Shown piece after piece: positions 18,285 through 29,118 of a DNA stretch of 64,000 nucleotides; within the stretch, counting starts at the first letter, position 1, and each line of letters begins with the position of its first letter. The notes below the pieces were generated by a model, which saw only the letters and a list, made by a program, of their open reading frames with translations, did no database searches and was not told where the DNA came from. This stretch comes from an uncultured Acidobacteriota bacterium (lineage in GTDB: Bacteria > Acidobacteriota > Thermoanaerobaculia > Multivoradales > UBA5704). Location of the stretch: the NCBI GenBank assembly GCA_963700145.1, contig OY969474.1:4224001-4288000 (forward strand), in the 5' to 3' direction. The position numbers and the translations under genes are program-made.

Positions 18285-20405
18285 ATGCTGCACTGTCGCA
18301 AGTCCCTCTGCCTCGCCGTCGCTCTCCTCGCGCTGCTGCCGGCGGCGCCCGCCGCGGCCCAGCAGCAGCGGCGCGGCTTCGGCGACACGACCACCGTCGT
18401 CGTCGTCGAGGTGCCGGTCTACGTCACCAAGGACGGCGAGCCGGTGCGCGGCTTGACCGCCGACAACTTCGAGATCACCGACGGCCGCAAGGTCCAGAAG
18501 ATCACCGCCTTCGACGTCATCGACCTGGCGCAGCCCCTGACGCCGCAGCAGGCGGCGCAGCTGCCGGTCGCCGGGCGGCGCCACTTCCTACTGCTCTTCG
18601 ACCTCGCCTTCGCCGACCCGGAGGGGATCTTCCGCGCCCGCGAGGCGGCCAAGAAGGTCGTCTCTGAGCAGCTCCAGCCGACCGACCTCGCCGCCGTCGC
18701 CCTCTACTCCTCCTCCCGCGGCCCGAGCGTCGTCCTCGGCTTCACCTCCGACCGGCGGCAGATCGAGACCGCCGTCGACACCCTCGGCGTGCCGCAGCTC
18801 GTCGGCCGCGGCGCCGATCCGCTGGGCCTCATGGTGAACGCGAGCCCCACTGCCGGAGCGATGCAGATGACCGAGGTCGGGGGCGGCGGCGCGGGCACGG
18901 AGGCCCGGGTCGAGGCGGTGACCGAGTTCCTCAAGGCCGTCTCCAGCGCCGAGACCAAGACCAACGCCGATGCGCTCAGGAACCAGGTGACCGCCTTCTC
19001 GCGCGCCTTCGCCGACTTCGGGAAGCTCATGGGGACGGTGCAGGGCACCAAGCACGTCGTCTATTTCTCCGAGGGCTTCGACAGCTCGGTGCTGCAGGGC
19101 GAGGGCGTGGCGGATGACACGCGGGAATCCATCGCGCACGGCGAGACGTGGGACGTCAACAGCGACGAGATGTTCGGCTCCGGCCGGCAGCAGAACGACG
19201 TCAGCGCGATGCTCGAGGAGTTCCGCCGCGCCAACTGCATCATCCAGGCGGTGGACGTGGCGCGGCTGAAGTCCGGCCACGAGGAGCGGCCGCGCCCCTC
19301 GGGGCAGGACAGCCTGCTGCAGATGGCCAAGTCGACCGGCGGCGAGCTCTACACCAACTTCACCGACCTGTCGCAGGCGATGAGCAAGGTGTTCGAGCGC
19401 ACCAGCGTCACCTACCTGCTCGCCTTCCAGCCCGAGAACCTCAAGCAGGACGGCTCGTTCCGCAAGCTCAAGGTGCGCCTCAAGGACGCGCCGGGGGGCG
19501 CCAAGCTCTCCTACCGCCCCGGCTACTACACGCCGAAGCCGGTGCCGCAGCTCACCGCCCTCGAGCGCCGCTTCCAGACCGCGGCCGAGATCCTCGGCGG
19601 CGAGCCGGGCGGGCCGCTCGGCGCCTCCGTCCTCGCCACGCCCTTCCGCACCGGCGGCCCCAACTCCTACGTGCCGGTGCTGGTCGAGGTCAACGGGCCG
19701 GCGCTGCTCGCCGGTCAGACGGAGAAGGCGCTGGTCACCGAGATCTACGCCTACGCCATCGACGGCGAGGGCTCGATCCAGGGCTACTTCACGCAGAACC
19801 TCGGGCTCGACCTCACCAAGGTCGAGGCGCAGCTCAAGCAGAGCGGCCTCAAGTTCTACGGCGACCTCGACCTGCCGCCCGGCGAGTACTCGCTGCGCGT
19901 CCTGGTGCGCAACGCCCAGACCGGCGCCCACTCGCTGCAGGTCGTGCCGGTCGTCGTCCCGGCCCACGACCAGGCGGGTCCGGTGGTGCTGCCGCCGATG
20001 TTCCCCGAGGCGCAGGGCAAGTGGCTGCTGACCCGCGAGACGCAGGCGGCCGGCGCGCCGCAGCCCGAGTACCCGTTCATCATCGGGCAGGAGCCGTTCA
20101 TCCCGGCCTCGAAGCCGGTGCTCGCCGCCAACCAGGGGGTGAAGGTCGCCGTCATGGCCTACAACCTGGGCAACGGCGACGTCCGCGCCGAGGCCGGCGT
20201 GCTGCGCGCCGACGGCCAGCCCGTCCAGGGCGGAGCGCTGGAGGTCACCGAGCGGCAGCGCGGCGGCGGCCGGGCGCCCGACCGCCTGGTGGGGACCTTC
20301 ACCCCCTCGGGGCTCCCCCCCGGCGAGTACCTGCTGCGGGTGACGGTGACCGACGGGGCGAGCGGCGCGGCGCAGTCGAGCACGATCCCGTTCGTCGTCG
20401 GGTAG
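18285..20405 (+). CDS. Secreted VWA-domain protein, paralogue 2
   Basis: Same motif set; AGGAG RBS. Confidence 0.9.
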   Translation: MLHCRKSLCLAVALLALLPAAPAAAQQQRRGFGDTTTVVVVEVPVYVTKDGEPVRGLTADNFEITDGRKVQKITAFDVIDLAQPLTPQQAAQLPVAGRRHFLLLFDLAFADPEGIFRAREAAKKVVSEQLQPTDLAAVALYSSSRGPSVVLGFTSDRRQIETAVDTLGVPQLVGRGADPLGLMVNASPTAGAMQMTEVGGGGAGTEARVEAVTEFLKAVSSAETKTNADALRNQVTAFSRAFADFGKLMGTVQGTKHVVYFSEGFDSSVLQGEGVADDTRESIAHGETWDVNSDEMFGSGRQQNDVSAMLEEFRRANCIIQAVDVARLKSGHEERPRPSGQDSLLQMAKSTGGELYTNFTDLSQAMSKVFERTSVTYLLAFQPENLKQDGSFRKLKVRLKDAPGGAKLSYRPGYYTPKPVPQLTALERRFQTAAEILGGEPGGPLGASVLATPFRTGGPNSYVPVLVEVNGPALLAGQTEKALVTEIYAYAIDGEGSIQGYFTQNLGLDLTKVEAQLKQSGLKFYGDLDLPPGEYSLRVLVRNAQTGAHSLQVVPVVVPAHDQAGPVVLPPMFPEAQGKWLLTRETQAAGAPQPEYPFIIGQEPFIPASKPVLAANQGVKVAVMAYNLGNGDVRAEAGVLRADGQPVQGGALEVTERQRGGGRAPDRLVGTFTPSGLPPGEYLLRVTVTDGASGAAQSSTIPFVVG

Positions 20406-20435
20406 CGCGTCTGGAAAGTCGGCAGGTCCGTTGCA

Positions 20436-20475
20436 GGAGGGCCGGGGAGAAACTGCCCCGGCCCTCCGTGCTTTC
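20436..20475 (+). terminator. Stem-loop after VWA paralogue 2
   Basis: GGAGGGCCGGGG/CCCCGGCCCTCC 12-bp stem, weak U tract. Confidence 0.55.
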
Positions 20476-20530
20476 CGCGGCACCGCCGCGTTGTCGACTT
20501 CCTGTTTGCCGTCCCGGAAGGAGGACGCCG

Positions 20531-22579
20531 ATGCCCTCTCGCACGGACCTGAAAACGCCCGGGACGTGGCCCGGGCGCTACCCACCGATCGGGCGTAGCG
20601 CCCGGCCTACGTGCCGGGCGTTCTTCCTGGCCTTCACCGCGCTCGTCTTCCTGACGCCCCTCGCCGGTCAGGCCCCGCCGCGCTTCGGCGGCTCGACCTC
20701 GGTCGTGGTCGTCGAGGTGCCGGTCAACGTCACCAAGGACGGCAAGCCGGTACGCGGTCTGACCGCCGAGAACTTCGAGCTCACCGACGGCAAGACTAGG
20801 CAGCCGATCACCGGCTTCGAGGTGATCGACCTGGGCGCGGTCGGGGCCGAGGGGCAGCGGCGCATCCCGATCGCCGCCCGCCGCCACTTCCTCTTCCTCT
20901 TCGACCTCACCTTCGCGCAGGCGAATTCGATCGTGCGGGCGCGCACGGCGGCGGTCGATCTGGTGCGGCAGGGCTTCCACGCCGCCGACCTCGGCGCCGT
21001 CGCCACCTACAGCGCCACCCGCGGCGCCGAGCTGGTGCTCGGCTTCAGCAGCGACCGCGCGCAGATCGAGGCGGCGATCCGGTCGCTCGGCCTGCCGCAG
21101 CTCGTCAACCGCGCGCCGGACCCGCTGCGGCTGATCGTCGCCGACATCCGGGCGGAGGCGGGCAGCGACATCATGCCGGGCGTCCGGGGCGGCGGCGGCG
21201 ACCGCGACTTCCGCGCCGAACGCCGAGAGGCGATCGACTACCAGATGGTCGAGATCGTCGGCGACATCCAGCGCGACAGCAACGAGCAGCAGATGCGGAC
21301 GGCGCAGAACCAGGTGGTGGCGCTGACGCGCTCCTTCTCCGAGCTGGCGCAGATGATGGCCTCGGTCGACGGCCGCAAGCACGTCGTCTACCTCTCCGAG
21401 GGCTTCACCGCCGGCGCCGCCCTCGGCCGCGGCCCCGACCGCGAGACCAGCGACGCGCAGGGACGCAACGACGGCCGCGACGTCCTGCTGACCATGGCGC
21501 GCGACACCGGCGGCGAGCTGTTCCAGAACACCAACGACCTCGCCGCGGCGATGGCGCGGATGCTCTCGGCGACGAGCGTCACCTACCTGCTGGCCTTCCA
21601 GCCCGAGGGCCTGGCGCAGGACGGCACCTTCCATCCGCTCAAGGTGCGCCTGAAGGGCGGCCCGCGCGGCGCGCGGGTCTACCACCGCGCCGGCTACTAC
21701 GCGCCCGATCCGTTGCGCGTGGTGCGGCCGCTCGAGCAGAGCCTGACCTCGGCGGCCGAGATCCTGAGCGGCGAGGAGGGCGGGAACCTCCCGGTCTCAG
21801 CGCTGGCGGTGGCGCTGCCGCTGCCGGGCGCGGCGGGGAAGGCGGTCGTGCCGCTGCTCGTCGAGGTGGACGGGCCGGCGTTGCTCGCCGGCCACGTCGG
21901 GCCGGCCATGTCGGTCGAGATCTACGCCTACGCGCTGGGGACGGAAGGCTCGGTCGATGGCTTCCTCACCCAGCGCCTGGAGCTCGACCTGACCAAGGTC
22001 GCCGACGAGCTGCGGGCGAGCGGCCTCAAGTTCTACGGCGAGCTGGAGCTGCCGCCGGGCTCCTACGAGGTCCGCCTCCTGGTCAAGAACGCGCAGATGG
22101 GAGGCGCCCACGCGCTGCGCTCGCTGCCGGTCGAGGTGCCGGCCGCGCCGCAGCTCTCGCCGCCGCTCTTCGTCGCGGCGGCGGGCGGGTGGCTGCTGAC
22201 GCGGCAGGCGCCGCGGCCGGGCGAAGCGGCGCGGGCGTATCCGTTCACGCTCGCCGGCCAGCCGTTCGTGCCGGACGCGCGGCCGGTGGTCGCGGCGGCC
22301 GGCGAGGCGCGGATCGCTCTGCTGGCCTCGGATCTCGGGAGCGGCGAGGTGGTGGCGCAGGCCGAGGTGCTGCGCGCCGCCGACCGCCAGCCGGCTTCAG
22401 GCGGCGGCTTCCGCCTGCTCGAGCGCCAGCGCGGCGAAGCGGGTGCGCCCGACCGGCTGGTCGGGGTCTTCACGCCGGCCGGCCTGCCGCCCGGGGAGTA
22501 CGTGTTGCGCGTCACGGTCACCGACCGGGCGAGCGGCGCCGCCCGCACGAGCGCCGCGCCCTTCGTGGTCGAGGGGTAG
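20531..22579 (+). CDS. Secreted VWA-domain protein, paralogue 3 (internal deletion)
   Basis: AAGGAGG RBS, ATG 20531; same motifs but lacks the FRRADCVIQAVD segment. Confidence 0.85.
   Translation: MPSRTDLKTPGTWPGRYPPIGRSARPTCRAFFLAFTALVFLTPLAGQAPPRFGGSTSVVVVEVPVNVTKDGKPVRGLTAENFELTDGKTRQPITGFEVIDLGAVGAEGQRRIPIAARRHFLFLFDLTFAQANSIVRARTAAVDLVRQGFHAADLGAVATYSATRGAELVLGFSSDRAQIEAAIRSLGLPQLVNRAPDPLRLIVADIRAEAGSDIMPGVRGGGGDRDFRAERREAIDYQMVEIVGDIQRDSNEQQMRTAQNQVVALTRSFSELAQMMASVDGRKHVVYLSEGFTAGAALGRGPDRETSDAQGRNDGRDVLLTMARDTGGELFQNTNDLAAAMARMLSATSVTYLLAFQPEGLAQDGTFHPLKVRLKGGPRGARVYHRAGYYAPDPLRVVRPLEQSLTSAAEILSGEEGGNLPVSALAVALPLPGAAGKAVVPLLVEVDGPALLAGHVGPAMSVEIYAYALGTEGSVDGFLTQRLELDLTKVADELRASGLKFYGELELPPGSYEVRLLVKNAQMGGAHALRSLPVEVPAAPQLSPPLFVAAAGGWLLTRQAPRPGEAARAYPFTLAGQPFVPDARPVVAAAGEARIALLASDLGSGEVVAQAEVLRAADRQPASGGGFRLLERQRGEAGAPDRLVGVFTPAGLPPGEYVLRVTVTDRASGAARTSAAPFVVEG
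20554..20624. repeat. Inverted REP-like doublet
   Basis: AACGCCCGGGACGTGGCCCGGGCGCTAC, 13-nt linker, then GTAGCGCCCGGCCTACGTGCCGGGCGTTCT. Confidence 0.65.
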
Positions 22580-22583
22580 GGCG

Positions 22584-24771
22584 GTGCGCGGCCGGGCGCG
22601 GCTCCTCGCTCTCCTGCCGCTCCTGCTGGCGCTGGCGCCGGCGCGCCTGCCGGCGCAGGCGGGGCGCTTCGGCGACACCGCCTCGGTCGTCGTCGTCGAG
22701 GTGCCGGTCCAGGTGGTCAAGGACGGGAAGCCGGTGCGCGGCCTGACGGCCGAGAACTTCGAGGTCTGGGACGGCAAGACGAAGCAGCGGCTCACCGGGT
22801 TCGAGGCGCTCGACCTGGCGGCCCTGGAGGCCCGCGGCGCCGCCGCCGGGGCGCCGCCGCGCGCCCTGCCGCCCGCCGCCCGCCGCCACGTCCTCTTCCT
22901 CTTCGACCTCACCTTCGCGCGCCCCAAGTCGATCCTGCAGGCGCGGGAGGCGGCGCAGGACCTGGTGCGCGACGGCCTCCACGCGAGCGACCTCGCCGCG
23001 GTCGCCACCTACAGCGCCAGCCGCGGCAGCGAGCTGGTGCTCGGCTTCACCGCCGACCGCGCGCAGCTCGAAGCGGCCATCGAGTCGCTCGGCCTGCCGC
23101 AGCTGGTGCCCCAGAGCCCCGACCCGCTGCGGCTGGTGATCGCCGGGCTCGAGGCCGACATGGGCCTCGGCGCGCCGGGCCTGGGCGGCGGCGCCGGCAC
23201 CGGCATGGGGCGCCGCTCGGACGGCCGCGAAGACTTTCTCGAGGTCCTCAAGCGGGCGCAGCGGGAGATGGAGGCCAGCCAGCGGCACACCCTGGAAGAC
23301 CAGGTCTCCGCCGCCAGTCGCTCCCTCGCGGACCTGGCGCAGGTGATGGGCGCCGTGGACGGCCGCAAGCTCGTGGTCTACCTCTCCGAAGGCTTCCAGG
23401 CGAGCGCCGCCACCGGCACGGGGAGCGACGCCGACAGCGCGAACGCGGTGGCGAGCGGCGAGAGCTGGAAGGTGGACAGCGAAAAGCTCTACGGCAGCGC
23501 GCGGGTGCAGGCGGCGCTGGCGGCGATGTTCGAGAGCTTCCGCCGCGCCGACTGCATCGTCCAGGCGGTGGACATCGGCGGCGTGCGGACGGCGGGGCCC
23601 GAGGCGGCGACCGAGCACCGCCCCGACGCCGACGTCGCCGACACCGGCCGCGACGCGCTGCTGGCGATGGCCCACTACACCGGCGGCGAGCTGTACCAGA
23701 ACTTCAACGACCTCGGCACGGCGATGGGCAAGATGCTCGAGCGGACGAGCGTCACCTATCTCCTCTCGTTCCAGCCCGAGGGCCTCGTCGCCAACGGCGC
23801 CTTCCACAATCTCGAGGTGCGTCTCAAGGGCGCGCCGCGCGGCGCCCGCGTCCACCATCGCGCCGGCTACTTCGCGCCCGACCCGTCGCGCGCCGTCCAT
23901 CCGCTGGAGCAGCGGCTCCTGGCGGCGGCCGACATCCTGGGTGGCGAGGAGGGCGGCACGCTGCCGGTCTCCGCCCTCGCCGTGCCGCTGCCGGGCGGCG
24001 GGGCGGAGGCGGGACGGTGCCGCTGCTGCTGGAGATCGACGGGCCGGCGCTCCTGGAAGGTCACGTCGGGCGCTCGCTGGCGCTCGAGATCTACGCCTAC
24101 GCCCTCGACCGCGCAGCAGGCGGTGCGCGGCTTCCTGACCCAGCGCGTCGACCTCGACCTCGAGAAGGTGGAGGCGGAGCTGCGCGCGAGCGGCCTCAAG
24201 TTCTACGGCGAGCTGGCGCTGCCGCCGGGCGCCTACACGGTGCGCCTGCTGGTGCGCAACGCGCAGAGCGGCGCCCGCAGGCTCCGCTCGCTGCCGGTCG
24301 AGGTGCCGGCGGCGGTGGTCGGGGCCGCCGGCGCGGGGCCGCTGGTGTCGCCGCCCCTCTTCCTGGCGAGCGGCGGGAGCTGGCTGGTGACGCGGCAGGC
24401 GGAGCGCGCCGGCGAGCCGGCGCGCCAGTACCCCTTCACGCTCGCCGGACAGCCCTTCGTCCCCGACATCCGGCCGGTCGTCGCCGCGGCCGGCGAGGCG
24501 CGCGTCGCGCTCCTCGCCTACAACCTGGGCAGCGGCGAGGTCGTGGCGCGCGCCGAGGTGCTGCGCGCCGCCGACCACCAGCCGGCCGCGGGCGGCGGCT
24601 TCCGCCTCCTCGACCGCCAGCGGGGGGGAAGGCGGCGGCCCTGACCGGCTGCTCGGCGTCTTCACCTCGGCCGGGCTGCCGCCCGGCGACTACCTGCTGC
24701 GCGTCACGTTGACCGACCGCGCGAGCGGCGCCACGCACTCCAGCGCCACCGCGTTCGCAGTCGGAGGCTAG
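22584..24771 (+). CDS. Secreted VWA-domain protein, paralogue 4 (frameshifts near 24015, 24110, 24625)
   Basis: GTG 22584; homology to neighbouring copies continues across frame changes to TAG 24771. Confidence 0.82.
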
Positions 24772-24774
24772 CCG

Positions 24775-26922
24775 GTGCGCGCGCCGATCGCCCGGCTCGC
24801 CCTCCTCCTCGCGCTCCTCGTCCCGCTCGCGCCGGCGGCGTCGCCCGCCCAGGAGGGGCGCTTCGGCGAGACGGCGTCCGTCGTCGTCGTCGAGGTGCCG
24901 GTCCAGGTCACCAAGGACGGGAAGCCCGTGCGCGGCCTGACGGCCGAGAGCTTCGAGGTCTTCGACGGCAAGACGAAGCAGCGGATCACCGGCTTCGAGG
25001 TGATCGACCTGGCGGCGCTGGGGGTCGCGGGCACCGCCGCCGGCACCCAACCGCCGCCGCCCGCGCCCGCCCTGCCGCTCGCCGCCCGCCGCCACTTCCT
25101 CTTCCTCTTCGACCTCACCTTCGCGCAGCCCAAGTCGATCCTGCAGGCGCGCAAGGCGGCGCTCGGGCTGCTGCGGACCGGCCTGCACCCGACCGACTTC
25201 GCGGCGGTCGCCACGTACGGCGTCAGCACCGGCTCCGACCTGGTGCTCGGCTTCACCGCCGACCACGCGCAGGTGGAGGCGGCGATCCACTCGCTCGGGC
25301 TGCCGCAGCTCCTCGAGCGCACCGGCGACCCGCTCCGGCTGCTGATCGCCGACATCAACGCTGAAAAAGGGCTCGGCACCCTCCCGCCGGACATGCCCCA
25401 GGAAGCGCTGCAGGACACCGTGGAGGGGGCGCACTTCGAGGAGATCCAGCGCCTCGCCGACGCGAACTACCGCCGCTCGCTGGAGAACCTGGTGAGCTCC
25501 GCGACGAGCTCCCTCGCCGAGCTGGCGCAGACGATGGCCGTGGTGGACGGCCGCAAGTTCGTCGTCTATCTCTCCGAGGGGTTCCAGGCGAGCGCCGCGA
25601 CCGGCAAGGGCATGGACGCCGGCACCGCGGCGCTGGCGGCCTCGGGCGCGGTGTGGACGGTGGACAACGCCAAGGTCTACGGCAGCGCCCGCGTCCAGGC
25701 CGACGTGGCGAACATGCTGGAGAGCTTCCGCCGCGCCGACTGCGTGATCCAGGCGGTGGACATCGGCGGCGTGCGCACCGCCGGCGTCGAGGCGGCGACC
25801 GAGCTGCGCTCGGACGCCGAGGTCGTCGACACCGGCCGCGACTCGCTCCTCACCATGGCCCACTACACGGGCGGCGAGCTCTACGAGCGCTTCAACGACC
25901 TCTCGGCGGCGATGGGGAAGATGCTCGAGCGGACGAGCGTCACTTACCTCCTCGCCTTCCAGCCGGAAGGGCTGGCCCACGACGGCGCCTTCCACGACCT
26001 CCAGGTGCGGTTGAAGGGCGGGCCGCGCGGCGCGAAGGTCCACCACCGCGCCGGCTACTTCGCCCCCGACCCCCGCCGCCCGGCGAACCCGCTGGAGCAG
26101 CGGCTGAGGGCCGCGGCCGACATCCTGAGCGGCGAGGAAGGCGGCGACCTGCCGGTCGCGGCGCTCGCCGTGCAGCTGCCCTCGGGCGCCCTGCCGCTGC
26201 TGCTCGAAGTGGACGGGCCGGCGCTGCTCGCCGGCGGCAGCGGGCCGCCGGCGCTGGAGATCTACGCCTACGCCCTCGACGCACAGCAGGCGGTGCGCGG
26301 CTTCCTGAGTCAGCGCGTGGACCTCGACCTGGCGCAGGTCGAGGCGGCGCTGCGCGCCGGCGGCCTCAAGTTCTACGGCGAGCTGGCGCTGCCGCCGGGC
26401 GCTTACACGGTGCGGCTCCTGGTGCGCAGCCTGCCGGGCGGCGCCCAGGTCCTCCGCTCGCTGCCGGTCGAGGTGCCCGCGGCGGGCGCCGGGCCGATGG
26501 TGTCGCCGCCTCTCTTCCCGGCGGCGGAGACGGGCTGGCTCCTCACCCGGCAGGCCGAGCGTCCCGGCGCGCCGCCGCGCGAGTACCCCTTCACCCTCGC
26601 CGGCCGGCCGTTCGTGCCCGAGGCGCGGCCGGTCGTCGCCGCGGCGGGCGAGGCGCGCGTCGCGCTCCTCGCCTACAACCTCGGGAGCGCCGCCGTGGCG
26701 CGCGCCGAGGTGCTGCGCGCCGGCGACGGCAAGCCGGCGGCAGGCGGCGGCTTCCGCCTCCTCGACCGCCAGCGCGGCGAAGGCGGCGCGCCCGACCGGC
26801 TGGTCGGGGTCCTGACCGCGCGCGGCCTGCCGCCAGGCGAGTACCTGCTGCGCGTCACCGTCACCGACCGCGCCAGCGGCGCCACGCATTCGAGCGCCGC
26901 GTCCTTCGTAGTGAAAGGATAG
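24775..26922 (+). CDS. Secreted VWA-domain protein, paralogue 5
   Basis: Intact 715-aa ORF with the same motifs. Confidence 0.9.
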   Translation: MRAPIARLALLLALLVPLAPAASPAQEGRFGETASVVVVEVPVQVTKDGKPVRGLTAESFEVFDGKTKQRITGFEVIDLAALGVAGTAAGTQPPPPAPALPLAARRHFLFLFDLTFAQPKSILQARKAALGLLRTGLHPTDFAAVATYGVSTGSDLVLGFTADHAQVEAAIHSLGLPQLLERTGDPLRLLIADINAEKGLGTLPPDMPQEALQDTVEGAHFEEIQRLADANYRRSLENLVSSATSSLAELAQTMAVVDGRKFVVYLSEGFQASAATGKGMDAGTAALAASGAVWTVDNAKVYGSARVQADVANMLESFRRADCVIQAVDIGGVRTAGVEAATELRSDAEVVDTGRDSLLTMAHYTGGELYERFNDLSAAMGKMLERTSVTYLLAFQPEGLAHDGAFHDLQVRLKGGPRGAKVHHRAGYFAPDPRRPANPLEQRLRAAADILSGEEGGDLPVAALAVQLPSGALPLLLEVDGPALLAGGSGPPALEIYAYALDAQQAVRGFLSQRVDLDLAQVEAALRAGGLKFYGELALPPGAYTVRLLVRSLPGGAQVLRSLPVEVPAAGAGPMVSPPLFPAAETGWLLTRQAERPGAPPREYPFTLAGRPFVPEARPVVAAAGEARVALLAYNLGSAAVARAEVLRAGDGKPAAGGGFRLLDRQRGEGGAPDRLVGVLTARGLPPGEYLLRVTVTDRASGATHSSAASFVVKG

Positions 26923-26926
26923 GGCG

Positions 26927-29107
26927 ATGCAGCGCAGGCCCGTCCTGCTCGCCCTCCTCGCCGCGGTCGCCGGCGTCCTCGCCGCCGGCCTGCCCGCCCA
27001 GGAAGGACGCTTCGGCGAGACGGCGTCGGTCGTCGTCGTCGAGGTGCCGGTCAACGTCACCAAAGGCGGCCGGCCGGTGCGCGGTCTGACGGCCGAGGAC
27101 TTCGAGGTCTTCGACGGCAAGACGAAGCAGCGCCTCACCGGCTTCGAGGTCGTCGACCTCGGGCGCTCAGCAGGCCGCGGCCTCGCCGCGCGCGCTCCCG
27201 CTCGCCGCCCGCCGCCACTTCCTCTTCCTCTTCGATCTCACCTTCGCGCAGCCGAAGTCGATCGTCCGGGCGCGCGAGGCGGCGCTCGGCCTGGTGCGGA
27301 GCGGCCTCCATCCGACCGACCTCGCGGCCGTCGCCACCTACGGCGCGAACCGCGGCACCGAGCTGGTCCTCGGCTTCACCGCCGACCGCGCGCAGGTGGA
27401 GGCGGCGATCGAGACGCTTGGCCTGCCGCAGCTCCTCGCCCGCGGCCCCGACCCGCTGCGGCTGGTGGTGAAAGAGGCGCAGGCGATGGCGCTGCTGGGG
27501 TCCGGCGAGCGGGCGGGGGGAGGTGGGGAGGCGGCGGCGGGTGAGCGCTTTGAGAGGAAGCAATTCTTCCTCGACGAGGTGGAGGCGCACCTCGAGGAGC
27601 TGCAGCAGTTGAGCGCCGTGCAGGACCGGCGGGCGCTGCAAAACCAGGTGGTGGCGCTCACCCGGTCCTTCGCCGAGCTGGCGCAGATGATGGCGTCGGT
27701 GGACGGCAGGAAGCACGTCGTCTACCTCTCCGAGGGGTTTCAGGCGAGCACCGCCACCGGCCGCGGCAGCGACGCGGAGACCGCGGAGGCCGTGGAGCAC
27801 GGCGAGATTTGGAAGGCGGAGACCGAGAAGCTCTATGGCAGCTCGCGGGTGCAGGGCGACGTCGAGCGCATGCTCGAGGCCTTCCGGCGCGGCGACTGCG
27901 TGGTCCAGGCCGTGGACATCGGCGGCGCGCGGACCGCCGGGCCCGACGCCGCGACCGAGCTGGCGAGCGACGCCGCGGCGCAGGGCGACGGCCGGGACGT
28001 CCTGCTCACCATGGCGCACGACACCGGCGGCGAGCTCTACCAGAACACCAACGACCTCTCGGCCGCGATGGCCGCGATGCTCGAGCGGACCGCGGTCACC
28101 TACCTCCTCGCCTTCCAGCCCGAGGCGCTGCCGCACGACGGCACCTTCCGTCCCCTCAAGGTGCGGCTCAAGGGGGGGCCGCGCGGCGCCCAGGTCTCCC
28201 ACCGCGCCGGCTACTACGCGCCCGACCCGGCGCGCGTCGCGCTGCCGCTCGAGCGGACCCTGCTGACGGCGGCGGAGATCCTGGGCGACGAGGAGGGCGG
28301 CAGCCTGCCGATCGCGGCGCTCGCCGTGCCGCTGCCGGGGGGCGCGCTGCCGCTGCTCGTCGAGATCGAGGGCCCGGCCCTCCTCTTCGGGCACCAGGGG
28401 GAGGCCCTCGAGGTCGAGATCTACGCCTACGCGCTGGACGGCGCCGGGGCGGTGCGCGGGTTCCTCACCCAACGCGTGAACCTCGACCTGGCGAAGGTGC
28501 GCGAGACGCTCGGCGCCGGCGGGCTCAAGTTCTACGGCGGCCTGGCGCTGCCGCCGGGCTCTTACACGGTGCGCCTGCTGGTACGCAACGCCCAGAGCGG
28601 GGCCCGGGCGCTCCGCTCGCTGGCGGTCGAAGTGCCGGCGGCCGGCGCGGAGCCCGGCGCGGCCGCGGCGGCGCCGTTCCTCTGCCGCCGCTCTTCGCCG
28701 ACGCCGCCGGGCGGTGGATCGTGGCGCGCGAGCAGCGCGGCGAGGAGGAGACCTTGCCGCCCGATCCGTTCCTGAGCGGCGGCGCGCCCTTCCTTCCGGC
28801 GGTGCGGCCCGTCCTCGCCGCCGGCGCCGAGGCGCCGGTGACGGTCCTCGTCTCCAACCTGGCCGCGGAGCAGGCCCAGGTGCGCGCCAAGGTCCTCGAC
28901 GCCGCCGGCCGGGAGGTTGCCGGCGGCAAGCTCCGCATCGCCGCCTGGCGGCGCGGCGCGGCCGGCGCGCTCGGCCGCATGGAGGGGAGCTTCGCCACCG
29001 CCGGCCTGCCGCCAGGGGAGTACGTGCTGCGGGTCACCGTCACCGACCCCGCGAGCGGCGCGGCGCAGTCGAGCACGGCCGCCTTCGTGGTCGCGGCGGC
29101 CGGCTGA
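26927..29107 (+). CDS. Secreted VWA-domain protein, paralogue 6 (frameshifts near 27160-27200 and 28680)
   Basis: Three consecutive ORF pieces reconstruct a full paralogue ending at TGA 29107. Confidence 0.82.
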
Positions 29108-29118
29108 TTCAACCGTTC

